Shown one piece after another: positions 1-12,786 of a stretch of DNA of 64,000 bases; the first letter of the stretch is position 1, and each line of letters opens with the position of its first letter. The stretch lies in assembly GCA_964106645.2 (NCBI GenBank), contig OZ067041.1; one strand, 5' to 3'. The notes beneath the pieces are model-generated. The model had not been told where the DNA came from. It was given only the letters and a program-made list of their open reading frames with translations, and made no database searches. Source of the DNA: Podarcis pityusensis (taxonomy: Eukaryota). Both the position numbers and the translations under genes were made by a program.

Positions 1-1984
1 GGCTCCAAGATGGTGTGTAGCAGAGTCATTAGGGGGTGTGGTAAACTCCTGTGTGCAAGACATAAAGGCCTGGCAGGGGAGTACACTTAGCCACCATGTC
101 TGAGGTTTCCCACACTTGATTTGAAACAAGAACAACAACAGCCTATAACGTTTGACACTGTGATTCTTTATTACGACTAGCAGGGAATGTTTAGGCATGC
201 ATACCAATGGCACATAGTTACACATACAATTAATGCTTGTTTCAAATGATGAAATATACTTGTTCCTATTAATACATAATCTCTGCAGAAGTAGGTGCTA
301 TAACCTAAGTGCCATTTGGGAGAAATGATTGGAACTGCTGTGCCAAAAGAAGAAGAAAAGGCAGGGGTGAGACATATTAGATCTTCAGTAGCAGGCATAT
401 CGCCAAAGAGGGAGGGTTTTCCATCATGTACCTGACAACTCTATCGTAAGAAAAGTAGCTCACATCTTCCACAAGTGACAAGTACTAGGCCTCGGTGTGT
501 TGTTATGCACTGTGCATTGATAAGGGGATGATAAGTAGAAACTGGAAGTCTCCTCAGGCCAGCAGGGCTACACATCCCCTCATCCACCTGAGCTCCCATG
601 TCTTCGTCGAAATGCATATCATCCTTTTGCTGCCTCCAAGTCCTTCCAGTGTAACTGTCAAACACTCCAGTAGATTTGATGAGGGAGGAAGAATGCTGCT
701 CTCATCTGACTTACATGACAGTAACAAAACTCACCCTACTTGCCTGGAGAACATGAAAATCCAGGCTGCACGCTGAGCAAATGACAGGAGAACAGGGCTG
801 TGTCTGTGTACTCCAGAGTCATGAGATTTTTCTTCCTTTCTGAAAGTTGAAGCTAAATTAAATTCAGCAACGCTCGCTTCAAAACAACCCACATTGTTTT
901 GTGAGAGGCTTAAACTTCAGTGCTTATCTGAAGAACTTGCCATGAACTTTGCTAGGGATGTTGTTGTCGCTACAGAGAAAAATTTGCCATCCCAAAACAA
1001 ATAGAAGATTAGGCACAGGAATGATGGTTTCAATAACAACAACCCCCATGCAAATGTATGCATTCCTTTTTATAAAGGGCATTTAAGGATGGGCTTAATC
1101 ACCAAGAGATAATAAAAACAACATTGTTCAGAGTCTGTGGAAAGGTCGGAAAGGCAGACTATTAGCAAAATCGACTGAACAATAAAGAATTTAAATGTGG
1201 GGAAAATTAAATCTTAATCATAATTGATCCAAAGATGGGTAAAAGTCTTTTCAGAGGAGGGATGTTTCAAAAACATAAGTTTAGCTCCATCTCTGGGATT
1301 TTTTTTTTTTAGAAAAGCAAGCTTTTTGCACTTCAGACTGGACCAAACGGCAGTCATACAAAAAAATATATATGATGTCACGAGCAATTAACTCTCATGA
1401 GGTAAATCTCTTTAATTCTGTAAACTCCAAATTTGGCTATGGTACAGTTCGGGAACAGTGATGAAGTTAAGCAGTTTTGGACCCTGGACTAAATGGTCTT
1501 ACACCATTCCCCTTTAGCTGGCAGTATGTATTATTTCACATTGCCAGCGAAAGGTATTTGAAGATGTGTACACGCACACGAAAGCTTATAGCCAGAACAA
1601 ACTTAGTTGGTCTCTAAGGTGCTACTGGACAATTTTTTATTTATTTCTACTGCGTCAGACCAACACGGCCACCTACATGAATGTATTATTTCACTTACTT
1701 CAAAATGTAGCAAGCCAGGTGTGCTGTCCCTGGGGGGGCTCTTCTGCTCATTCTGCTGAGTGGGGTCCTTAACCGCTGCCCCAAAGTCAAGCACCACTAT
1801 TGGGGAATATACTGACCTAAACTGAACTTCTTTTAATATCACATATTCAATATCAGGACATAAGGGCTTTCATTTTAGTTTAGTCTGACTTCCTGACACA
1901 CTGCTAGCTTATGCATGTCTATCTGGAAGTCCCATTAAGTTCTGTAAGCCTAACTCCCTGGTAAATGCATATAGGATTGCAGCC

Positions 1985-2080
1985 TTGTAGTGCAATCCTA
2001 GCCATGCCTACTCAGAAGTAAGTCTTATTGATTTCAGTGGAGCTTACTCCCAGGCAAGTAGGGTTAGGATTGCAGACTTA
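1985..2080. mobile_element. Short palindromic MITE-like repeat (GCAATCCT...AGGATTGC), with a degenerate tandem neighbour at ~1900-1985
   Basis: Inverted ends gcaatcct/aggattgc around an aagtaagtc...cttactccc core. Related degenerate copies lie near 33462-33550, 47420-47590 and 52390-52450. Confidence 0.55.
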
Positions 2081-2871
2081 GTTGTCAACTATGTATGTGC
2101 AGGGTCCTAAATCATGCAGGGAGCTCCCCTCTTCAAACCTTCGGGCAGGCAACAGAGATGTGAGACAAGAGTGGGGATCCTAAAACATGCTCCTACTCTT
2201 CCCTTATGCAAGGGATAGGAAGCCTGAATAGCACTTTAGTTGGGCACACTGAAAGATATTCAACTAAGTTTTACTCAGGATTGAAGTTAATGAACCTTAG
2301 TCGTGTGCATTAATTTACATGGGTCAACTCTGATAAAAACCTCATTGAATACCACACATTAATTTCATTTTTATTTGATTAGCTTATAGGATCACTCATC
2401 CCATCTAGAAGTTCATGGGCAAAGAAGGGTGGGTGGTATTGCTATGCCTTTGTTTGCTTTGCTTGGCAGCCAAAGCTGTTTTCATTCCTGCATGACAGGT
2501 TGAACATGAGAAACATGTTTTTTTCTCCATAACTCTGAAAGGCACAGGAGCCCTGCCTTAAAAAAGAAAGAAAGAAGCCGCTTTAGGTCACCCAATACTT
2601 ATCCCAAGAAGAAGAGTAACCAGATTTAATAAAGATTTGCTAATTCAGGGTACCTAATAATCTGTATTGCTCTTTTTCTTCTTCTAATATTGGTCTTTGC
2701 ATCAAGGAGAATAAACACTTTATGAAACAGTCTGTGCTGGGTGAATTTTAAAATATTCATTTGTGCAATCTAAAATAATATTTATTCAAGTGTTTCTTTC
2801 CTTTTTTTTCTTTTTGGCAATTCAAGACTTGCCCCTTAATTCTGCTAGAAAATCCAGGATGAAGAATGAAA

Positions 2872-3072
2872 TGGCTGCATTTTCCCTCTGCTTTTCAGAG
2901 GCAGTACACCTCTAAATGCCAGTTCCTGGGAATCACAAGTAGGGAGAGAGCTGTTGTTTTCAGATTCTGCTTGCGGGCTTCCTAGAGGCATCTTGTTGGC
3001 CACTATGAGAACAGGGTCCTAGAACAGAGGGGACTTTGGTCTGGTTCAGCAGGTTCTTTCTGTGTTCTTATG
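2872..3072 (+). mobile_element. Old CR1-type LINE 3' end
   Basis: ggcatcttgttggccactatgagaacagg...ttcagcagg...tgtgttcttatg tail, shared with 4965-5155, 26659-26816, 37380-37451 and 48575-48691. Confidence 0.7.
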
Positions 3073-4964
3073 AAATATCTTACGGAACACTCCCAAATAT
3101 CAGTGCCCTTCTGTTTATTTATTTTTTTTATATAATATTTATTAGAGTTTACAATAAAAATACATGTAACAGACAATATAGCAAATATCTTAACATAGTT
3201 TCACATTTTTTTTGGACTTCCTCACATCTCCCGCTCCCACTTTCATCGTTATAACTTTTTAGCAGCAGTGCCCTTCTGTTTAAATTGAAAAACTTGTGGC
3301 CCAAGTAGCACAACTATAAACTGCCCCCTCATGTCCCCTCAGCACAATCTATGGGTCTCAAGCAGAGTGAGCAGCCCTCAAATCTTTAGTTATATCCCCT
3401 TGTCTCTTTCTTTCTGTGGCTATTTTTAGTAAACGGGGAAAAAATGTCTGTTTAACTTTGCAGTAGAAAACCCAACTTAAATCACAGATAGTTCAATCAT
3501 TCTTCATTATGCTGAGATCACAGTAGGTTATCCCTTCCCCACAGCAATGACAATAAAACATACTGAATTCAATCTAAGATGGAAGGATAATGCTCATAAA
3601 AATGTATATATTTCAATGCAAACAAAGAGGAGCCTGAATTTTATTGCCAATTATAATAATAAACGCAAGTGAGAAAACATAATGAGATACAATTCAACTG
3701 AGAACGTTCACACATATTATTGTCAGTTTACTGCAACTATGCCGGAATACTCATTCACCATGGTAGAATGAGACTTTTGGAAGCAGTGATAATTTTATTC
3801 TGGCCCCTGGAAATTACACTCATGAGATTTTCAGGAGTGGTTTGCCTGGTGAGGTGAAGCTGCAGCAATAGTTTCCTATCAACAGCATTGCTGCCACTTA
3901 CTGGGAGGGAAAGTTGACAGCAAAGTTGAGGCTAAGGTTTCTAGTCTAGACGATTTGTAAAGGCAGCCCCATGTAGAGTACAGTACAGAAATTCTGTCAA
4001 TGATATAACTAATGGAGGCATGACCAAGTTGCCCTCCATCAGATCCCACACTTTTATGCAACCCTTTCCTCAACACAAATACAAAGGCAGCATGATTCCA
4101 AGACCTCAGTAGAAGGTAGATTATCCTTGCAAAGATTCATGCAATACAGTATGTCCAAACTATATTATTGAGAGAGGTGTGGTCAGATTGGTCCTGGAAC
4201 ACATTTGCTGATGAATGTCAAACATATCTCCATATTAGACTGCAAGCAACCCCATCCCCCCAATCTAAGCTTCTTCGTTTTGAACCTGATTACCCTGGAT
4301 TTCTGTATACTTTCCTACTCAATTGTAAATAGCAGCAAAGTTGTGTATAACATCAGCACTTTGGAGGGTCTACATAGTAGTGGACTGACAACATTTTGGA
4401 GACTACAACCTAACCTTGGCTTACATTTATTTCCAATGTGGAAGCCCTTCAACATTCTAATCAATTTCCATTTGAGTTCAAATGTCTGTGGGGGTTTCTT
4501 TCCTGACCATGATGTGTATGTTATATATAACTTATATATGATTGTTAAACTTGCACTAACATTCTGCGACTGGGTGTTACATCATCTGAAAGCTCCAGAA
4601 AAAGGAAGTGAAATGGAACAAACTACTGTCTACAGAAGCACCCTCAGTAGAAACTCCAGACTTTTCCATGCGTGGAATAAAGCTTACTGTACAAAGATAA
4701 TGGTCAAATCTATTGTTCGGCACTCTTGACCTCTGGCCACTCCCTCTATTTACTTACTTGAAAACTGCCCATGAAGAAATGTAGACCTTGGGCTGAAAAG
4801 GATTCCCTACATGGTAGGGGATAACTTTATGAACTGGTGAAGTACACAGACAATGAGGAGCATGACCACCAGATATTACTGCTCCCTGCCTCATCAGTGG
4901 GTAAGATGGATGTATGACTGAGGTGATGATCTAGACTAGAAGCAGATAGATTGGCCTGGAATTT

Positions 4965-5155
4965 GGACCATATCAATGGCTACTAGCCACTTCCACTGTT
5001 GGAAACAATAATTATTCTGAATATGGAAACCATGTCAGAAGAGTGGTTCTGTGCCCATGTGCTGCTTGAGCATTTTCCAAAGGCATCTAGGTGGCCACTG
5101 TGGGGACAGGAGCTTGACTAGATGGACCATTGGCCTAATCCAGCAAGTTATTCTT
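4965..5155 (+). mobile_element. Old CR1-type LINE 3' end
   Basis: ggcatctaggtggccactgtg...gactagatggaccattggcctaatccagca, same family as 2872-3072. Confidence 0.65.
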
Positions 5156-6314
5156 CAATTTTCAACTGATTCTTGGCAGACGTGAGTTTCGTTTGTGCCT
5201 TTCTGCAACAAAATGACAAGTGTCCCTGAAGTTCTGATGACTGTATTATTTTTAAGACTGTATTATTTTCAGACAATATAACCAAACTTAGTATTGAGAA
5301 AATAGTGCAGAATTCTTGGACTCCATGCCCTCAGGTGAGTAAGGATTGAGAAGTAAGAGTATCTGGCAGCCTAACACTCTTTAGGAAGTTGGTCCTCTTT
5401 AACTGCATCGAAGACTACAAACAGAGCACTGAAGGAGCTCAGCTGAGGGGAAGAGAGAAAAAACAGAGTCAGCACTAACAACATATTCAGTTCAGTGAAT
5501 ACAAATATTTATACGAAACAAAATTAACATATCAAAAAAATCCAGAAGCATGTAATTAACAAAAGACAAGGGAATTTGCAGAACTATGATAAATTCTTCA
5601 TTAATAAAATATGTGTTTTTAAACTTTGAAATGGCTATATTTTATTCATAAATTTTGTAGAATTTAGTATCCTAATTATAAGACATCAGCTTGTAGGCTA
5701 TTTACATGGCAATTAAGCTTAACAATGCCCGTGATCCGGTCAAATTAACGCAGGCCACCCTCAACTTGAAAGTAGTCTGAAGAAATAAATAATTCACATG
5801 CGCTTTTGAGTAGGCACTGCTTAAGCAAACAGTTCTGCATAGAAACTTGTAGAAAATCCTCTTTGGCTTTGATGTGGATTTTTAAAAGATAGCAAAAAAA
5901 ATGTGAAGTAAAATACACCCCAACCCTTTTAGCATAAAATCAAATTCCAAGATAAAAGTTAAGTCAACAGTGACAGCCAGAATATATAAACATAAGCTGA
6001 GATGTTGCAACATCCAGATGTGTGTGTGTGTTTAAAATGTGTCTTATCAAACAATTGATCAACTTCCGAAATATTTCATATGCCTGGATTTCAGGCCTGA
6101 AACCACTTAGGTTGCATTCTTAATGCTCCATCGCACCACAGCAAATGAGATCCAGTTGCAACCTGGCAAAGGATCTATAGAAGCTGGAGAGGTACTGCTG
6201 CCTGTGAAGAAGGGCTTGTGTTTGCTCTTCACAAAGAGCATGAAGTGTCACAACCTGGCTTTTAAAAAACTGCCTCTAGTATAAAATGCAGTTCACGAGG
6301 TGGAACAGACTCCC

Positions 6315-6452
6315 TTGGAAGGTGGTGGACTCCCCTTACATTGAGGTTTTTAAGCAGAGGTTGGAGGGCCACCTGTCACAGAAGCCTCAGATGAGATTCT
6401 TGCATTGCAGGGGACTGACTTAGATGACCCTTGGATCCCTTCCAACTCTTCC
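6315..6452 (+). mobile_element. CR1 LINE 3' end
   Basis: gaggtttttaagcagaggttgga...tgcattgcagggg...tagatgacccttggatcccttccaactc is the typical CR1 terminus. Confidence 0.8.
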
Positions 6453-6911
6453 GACAAGTCTGTGTTTCTAAGTAGTGCTGGGATGTTGCACTTGCCTTGT
6501 CATGCAAAAGCCTTGCTGTGTGCTTATAATCATTTGCTTGCATGAGGAAGCTTATGAGATAGGTACCTGAAAGAACAAACACATCCAGAGGGGGTCTGCT
6601 AAATAAAGCACTGAGCTCAGAATAAGGATATCAGAACTATGGGCATCTTGTATGGAATGGAAGAATGAAGTGGTGGGCATGCAAGCAAAGGTACTGACGA
6701 GACTTTATGCACTTAGAGGACGGGGAAAGACTATTCAGATTTTCTATTTACTTTTTATCTGTGTGGCAAATGAGATGGTAGAACCTAATGGGAACAGCAT
6801 AACACATCAAAATATTCAAGTCCTGGTGGGTGTATTCCATCGGGGGGGGGGGCTGAAAAAATATCCCTTTGTGATGGTTTTCCTTGTTCCACTGAAAACC
6901 AAGATTTAAAT

Positions 6912-7047
6912 CAATGTTTCCCAAACTTGGGTCTCTAGCTGTTTTTGGACTACAATTGTCATAATACCTGAACACTGGTCTGGTTAGCTAGGGATGATGG
7001 GAGTTGTAGTCCAAAAACAGCCAGAGGTTCAAGTTTGGGAAACATTG
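6912..7047. mobile_element. hAT/Charlie-type palindromic MITE
   Basis: 18-bp perfect TIR CAATGTTTCCCAAACTTG. 8-bp TSD ATTTAAAT (6904-6911) / ATCTAAAT (7048-7055). Internal ggactacaa/ttgtagtcc inverted arms. Confidence 0.9.
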
Positions 7048-7223
7048 ATCTAAATATTCTGAGAGGGAGCAAGAGAATGAACCCCATGGTTCTAGGTCAC
7101 ATGGAGATGAGTGGAAGGTGCTGCGGTTATGACCGCAGCTACAATCAGGTAAACCACTGACAACACCAGGTTTGTTGTTTGTAAAAGAGGTTATATTTTG
7201 AATGCATTTATTATTATTATTAT

Positions 7224-7691
7224 TAATAATAATAATAATTTTTATTTATACCCCGCCCTCCCTAGCCAAGGCCGGGCTCAGGGCAGCTAACAAGCAATAA
7301 TAAAAACAAGTTGAATGAATACAACTTAAAAACAAGATTAAAATACAACATTAAAATATTGAAACAATAAAATATTAAAATGCAGCCTCATCACAGGAGG
7401 AGAAAGGAAAAAGGAAAAAGAAAGAGGGGGAGGGAATCAAATTGGCTCCAAGCCAAAGGCCAGGCAGAACAACTCTGTCATACAGGCCCTGCGGAAAGAA
7501 ATCAGATCCTGCAGGGCCCTGGTCTCATGAGGCAGAGCGTTCCACCAAGCCGGAGCCAGTATTGAAAAGGCCCTGGCTCTGATTGAAGCTAATCTAACTT
7601 CCTTAGGGCCTGGGACCACTAGGGTGTTGCTATTTATGGACCTTGAGGCTCTCCGTGGGGCATACAGGGAGAGGCGGTCCCGTAGGTACGA
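7224..7691 (-). mobile_element. L2 LINE 3' fragment (subfamily labelled B here), 5'-truncated
   Basis: The minus strand encodes the L2 ORF2 C-terminus (RARAFSILAPAWWNALP...FRRACMTELF), followed by a 3'UTR and (TTA)n tail. Similar to 40731-41203. Confidence 0.9.
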
Positions 7692-10119
7692 GATTAATAC
7701 TGTCCCGTATTACTTCTACTTCAGATGGTGTGTGTTAGATTGCCAAAGGGAAATGATTTCAGCTGTGTTTGCCACATTTGCAGGGTTGACATATTTCAAA
7801 AAGTAAAAACCAGGACATCCCAAAAGTTTTTGGATGTATCCCAAAATCCCAGATGTATGGCAGTGTAACACATTTGGAGTCATATCCTTCATTTGTAAGG
7901 ATTAGTGCTCTCCTCGGGCCAAGCACTATTCTAGTGAAAAGGAAGGATATCCAGCTTCCAGACAAATACAAAGATAAGATCAATTATGGCAGAGTAAAGT
8001 CACATATGGCAATTTTCCCTGTTTGGGGACAAACCTCTCCACACCTGTTGGGAACATTGTCCTGGTGTCTATGCAAAGACTGGTTGTCTCAAGGAGTCAT
8101 GGGGGTATGTATTGAACTGGGAAAGGCAATTAAACATGTCTAGATGTCACAGAGGGCTGAAAATAAAAGACAAGACCAGCTGTGAATCCAGAGTGTAAAA
8201 TCTATATCACCAAGAAAAAATCCTCAGGTTTAATCAGTGTGCCCTCAGGAAAGGATCAGAGATCAGAGCCGTCCCCAAATATCTCAGCTCCAGTGGCTTT
8301 TTAATCAATAGGCTGACATGTCACACTACATTTTAAACAGTGGGAAGGAACTATATGCTGGAATGCCACCTGAAATTTCATTGCATAAAATTACAATGCA
8401 AAACTCCCTTAATTTTTCATGTTAATATGGTGGCTAGCAGCTTTTTCTGGAAACAACACATAAATTAGCACTAAACTTCCATTAGATTCCACTAGATATC
8501 CAGAAATGAAAGATCACATAAAAAACAAAAATTAACAAATAAAATGCTGCAAAAGCAGAATAAAGTGCTGTCTGAACTCAGACTCTGAAACGCTCTTCAG
8601 ATCTTCCTGTTAAGCATGCAATGTTCTGAAGAGAAGTCTGATTACCTGGATACACTTGAGATGGATCATGATGGCTCTGCTGGAGGTTGTGTGGATGCGT
8701 GATCTGTCTTGACTGCCCTCACTAAGGATGATGTGCAACGCAAGGTCATTCTGGTCAACTATCTGCCCCAATGCAAGAGACTACAAACAGTTGAAATGGC
8801 AGGGGCATTGTGGGAAATTAGAAGGGAGGCTAGATCAAGTCACCTGATGCTTTTAGAAATGCCGAATCAGGAAAGACATTCAAGGGGGTCAGAGCAGGTA
8901 TCAGCTGTGAGACTATGAGGGTGCTGAGGTCCTGGCAGTTGTCCAAAAATGGCAGCTGCTGACTCTGGGTAATATTTCTGTGTCTCCCTATTTCAACATG
9001 GTTGTTTTGGAAAGTAGGCTGAGGGAGCCATCAGCACCCACATTACTGTTTAATCTTGTGACAGCAAATCCAGACATCTTCATGGGTTTACTGAAATCCA
9101 TGGCTACCAATGTCTCAAAGCAACTAGACCTACAATTCTCTAGATTCAACAAAGCTTCCGGGAACACCATAAAAGTCAAAGGGTTTCAGATTATAACTCA
9201 CACGGGGCATATCTTGAAGGAAAAGGTCAAAAGTAAGCATAGAGTTTTGTTCACACAGACCCCCGACATTTTTATAGCTTCATTTAATGGAATGCCATTT
9301 TCGGAAGGTATTTTACAATACTTAACAATGGAGAAAATGTCAAAAAATTTTGTTGCTATAATACTGCTAGAAAGAACTCCGAAGCTAAATTGTTCAATTC
9401 TGTTCACAATAATATTGATTAACTGGGAGAAATTTTTGGAGGAAAATAACAATGACAACAGCAAGGAATGTTTAATGGATTAGAAGGGCTGGTTTATGGG
9501 AAATATTTTTTTTAACAACTAACGGGTGTTCTTTTGGACAATTTACACTTTGGCTTGACCAAACAATGAATAAAAAGAAGAGTTATATGACAACTGTTCA
9601 GTTCAGATATCTGAAAACTGCATGTAATACCAAATAGGGGAATGAATTTGCTGTAGGTTTATGAGAGGGATAAAAAAAGAAAAGAGAAGACAGAATTACT
9701 GAGCAGAAGGTTAGAAGCTTAGTAGACAGGCTGCAGTTAATCAAGCCCCTTTGCAAATAAGTGCATAGACCAAGTCGGACCATTGGTCCATCTAACTCAG
9801 CATTGTTAACACTTTCCTCTACTGCTGTGGTCCCAACAAAAAGTATCCCCAGATACTGCTATTAGCCCAATAGGGGAAACTTGCATTGCCACTGAAGGAC
9901 TTGCTGCATTTCATCTAGGACTAATAACACCTTTTGGAGTGGGGGTGCTGGTGGAGCAATGGGGGAATGGGATCCCAGCATGTGGAAAGAGAATAGACTC
10001 TCTCCCTCCCTTTGTATTGCCATCTAGATTCTGCTCAGATGCCTTCAGTCACCTTTAATCATAAAAACAAAGTCAACAACTTCAATTGATACATTCAACA
10101 TCGTGTCTACTTTGGCATA

Positions 10120-10242
10120 AGCACATAGGAAGCTCTCTGGGGTCTCAGGCAGACACCTTTTCTAGCCCTCCCTAGAGATCCTGGTGGTTGAACCTGGGAC
10201 CTTCAGCATGTCTTACCAAGTATCTGCTCCAACACTGAGCCC
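10120..10242 (-). mobile_element. Degenerate tRNA-headed SINE (same family as 50627-50804)
   Basis: ggttgaacctgggaccttcagcatg...ccaacactgagc is the reverse complement of a tRNA-like A/B-box head. Confidence 0.55.
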
Positions 10243-10317
10243 ATATTTATATTAGTAATCGTGGTCCATCATAATATATAGTTGATTCCAATCCTCACAC
10301 CACGATTTAGTTTTGAA

Positions 10318-10536
10318 CAGTGGTGGAGCTCCATGCTCCGGCACTGGGGTGCGGAGAGCAGGCAGGCGCGAGGCTGGTGCACGTCCCAGGGTGTGGCATG
10401 CCACCCATAGGGGTGTGAGATGCATCCTGGGGGTGTGGCATGCTGCGCAATCGGGGGGCAGCCACGATGGCACCTCAGTGGGATCGCACTGCTGGGGGCG
10501 GTGCGCTCCCCCCCCATTCCTCTTCCTCCGCCCGTG
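10318..10536. mobile_element. GC-rich hAT-type MITE
   Basis: Perfect 8-bp TSD GTTTTGAA (10310-10317 and 10537-10544). Imperfect TIRs CAGTGGTGGAG / CTCCGCCCGTG. A related right-end fragment is at ~20478-20539. Confidence 0.85.
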
Positions 10537-11352
10537 GTTTTGAAATGTCAACACAGCCTATACTGTGGAGAAACGCACTATGTCCTGCAGGTGACCATCA
10601 TCTCCCAGTCTTGCTGGAGATCCTGCAAAAGATGGCTCTTCCTGCTTCAGCCATGCTTTTCCTGTAGGAGGGGGAGAAAGGAGAGAGAGAGAGAGATGAA
10701 AAGAGGAAACTTTAGGTTTTTTAATTCTGGTTAGCCTCTGGATATTCTTCATCTCATATCTTCCTAGCTGCATATGAGCATTTTGACTGGTCAGACCAGA
10801 AAGTATTATAAGCCTATAAGCCTTACTGATTAGCTGTATTCTTAAGAAAAAGAAAAGAACAGAGAGAGATGGGCGGTAAGATTAGGATATTGCTGCTTCA
10901 TCTTGAGGTGAATCAGCTCTTTGCCCTGATAGTACTTTCCTGTCTCTGATTTCTGTGGTTTTGTTGCCTTGTGCAAAATGCTAGGCAAGCCATTTTGCAG
11001 TTTTAGCATATTACAGACCAGATCTAGAATGTGCCCTGGTTAAACTAAGAAGCTTTTTCTCCCCTTTTGGCATACCGCTCAACTAATGGTTATTAGGCTC
11101 TAACACACTGTTCTGTTAATAGTTTCACAGCTTCCAAACACAGCTGTCATATTTCTGAGCTGATTATCATTAATGGGATCCTTTATTACTAAGCAGTTAC
11201 AGCAGGGTCCATGAGGCTGGACTCAGAACATCCATTTCTTCCTCTTGCATACAAAGTTTCTGAAGACTGCCTGATTCAGGGTATATTCTCTGAAAATTCA
11301 GTACGGGCAGCTAGTACCTTTGGGGCTCAGTGTCTATGACTGTAACTATATA

Positions 11353-11578
11353 CAGTGGTACCTCAGGTTACATATGCTTCAGGTTACATACTCCACTAAC
11401 CCAGAAATAGTGCTTCAGGTTAAGAAAATTGCTTCAGGTTGAGAACAGAAATCATGCTCTGGCGGTGCAGCAGCAGCAGGAGACCCCATTAGCTAAAGTG
11501 GTGCTTCAGGTTAAGAACAGATTCAGGTTAAGTATGGACTTCCGGAACGAATTAAGTACTTAACCCAAGGTACCACTG
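11353..11578 (+). mobile_element. Tc1/mariner (pogo/Tigger-like) MITE
   Basis: TA TSD on both sides, TIR CAGTGGTACCT, repeated internal TCAGGTTA motifs. Further copies at 35649, 37639 and 39063. Confidence 0.9.
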
Positions 11579-11584
11579 TATGTG

Positions 11585-11711
11585 GAAGCTCAAACATCTT
11601 GCATTATTTGTGGTCTACAGTTCCCATCATCCCTGACCACTATAAAAGTTGGCTGGGGCTGATGGGGGTGTCTGTTCAAAACATCTAGAGGGCATTATGT
11701 TGGCTACTTCT
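11585..11711. mobile_element. Degenerate hAT/Charlie-type MITE
   Basis: ctacagttcccatcatccctgaccac...ggctggggctgatggg core shared with 6912-7047 and 53699-53834. Confidence 0.65.
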
Positions 11712-11997
11712 GTACTGACGTAGTCAGTACAGCATAGCTGTACAGCATAGAAATACCCTTTAGAAAAACCGAACAGGCAAACTAATAATTTGGGATAATG
11801 CATAATTCCTTCATTCTTAATGTACTCCATAAAATGCTGTATGTAGAAAAATGAACTACAGATTCAGAGATTCAGATTAAGAACAGTATACTCTGAGGTT
11901 ATTTTATTAAAAGTAAATAAACTTGCAATAACATTTCATAAGAAAACCACAGAGTATTAGCAGCATGAGTGTGAAGAAACAAGAATGAACGTAGTTA

Positions 11998-12040
<43 letters not shown>
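11998..12040. repeat. (GTT)n microsatellite
   Basis: About 14 GTT units read directly. Confidence 0.95.
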
Positions 12041-12041
<1 letters not shown>

Positions 12042-12364
12042 TATCTTACCCATCCTAAAAACACATATTATTGCTCATCTGTTCCATTCTTTACAGGAGG
12101 TGTGGGTAACATGTGGCTTTCTAGATGGTACTGATAGGGTTGGGAGAGAAATTTTCTCCAGTTCACTTTTAAGGGTGAACCAACCTAATTCACACTTCAG
12201 AAAACATTATGCAAATTGAACCACTGAAATTTGCACTTCTCTGAATTTTGCAATGCAGTAGTCACTTGATGTGTTTTAAAATTCATATACTAGGGTAAAG
12301 TGTGCATACAAATGCATATATTAGTGAAACTAACATATAAAATTGCATTATATTAGTAGTAGTG

Positions 12365-12637
12365 GTAGTAATAATAATAAAATAATAATAATAATAATTT
12401 ATTATTTATACCCCGCCCATCTGGCTGGGCTCCCCCAGCAACTCTTGGCGGCTCCCAACAGAAACCGCTTTATTAATAATAATAATAATGATATAACATC
12501 AAACATTAAAAACGTCCCTAAACAGGTCTGCCTTCAGATGCCTTCTAAAAGTCAGATAGTTGTTTATTTCCTTGACATCTGTTGGGAGGGCGTTCCACAG
12601 GGTGGGCGCCACTACCGAGAAGGCCCTCTGCCTGGTT
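12365..12637 (-). mobile_element. L2 LINE 3' fragment (subfamily A)
   Basis: 12540-12637 closely matches 41558-41664. 3'UTR ccccgcccatctggctggg and (TTA)n tail. Confidence 0.9.
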
Positions 12638-12668
12638 GCAAAAATTGCTTGCAAAAATTAGGCACAAC

Positions 12669-12786
12669 AATAATAATAATAATAATAATAATAAATTTTA
12701 TTTATATCCCGCCCTCCCCAGCCGAAGCCAGGCTCAGGGCGGCTAACAACAATCAAATAATCAAATAATCCAACAAATAATCCAAT
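12669..12786 (-). mobile_element. L2 LINE 3' tail (subfamily B)
   Basis: Near-exact reverse complement of 41095-41200. Confidence 0.9.

Noticed and set aside
3420-3429. Perfect MEF2 site CTATTTTTAG
   Set aside because: An isolated AT-rich 10-mer with no supporting motif cluster.
4205-4729. 174-aa ORF
   Set aside because: Non-ATG start, no recognisable domain, composition typical of AT-rich non-coding DNA.
6912-7047. Long hairpin as a miRNA precursor or terminator (also 53699-53834)
   Set aside because: It is fully explained by MITE inverted repeats with 8-bp TSDs.
8980-9483. 167-aa ORF
   Set aside because: GTG start and no recognisable homology or splice structure; a chance ORF is likely.
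11710-11732. Perfect hairpin CTGTACTGAC-GTA-GTCAGTACAG
   Set aside because: One 10-bp stem in 64 kb is close to chance expectation, and it is too short for a pre-miRNA.
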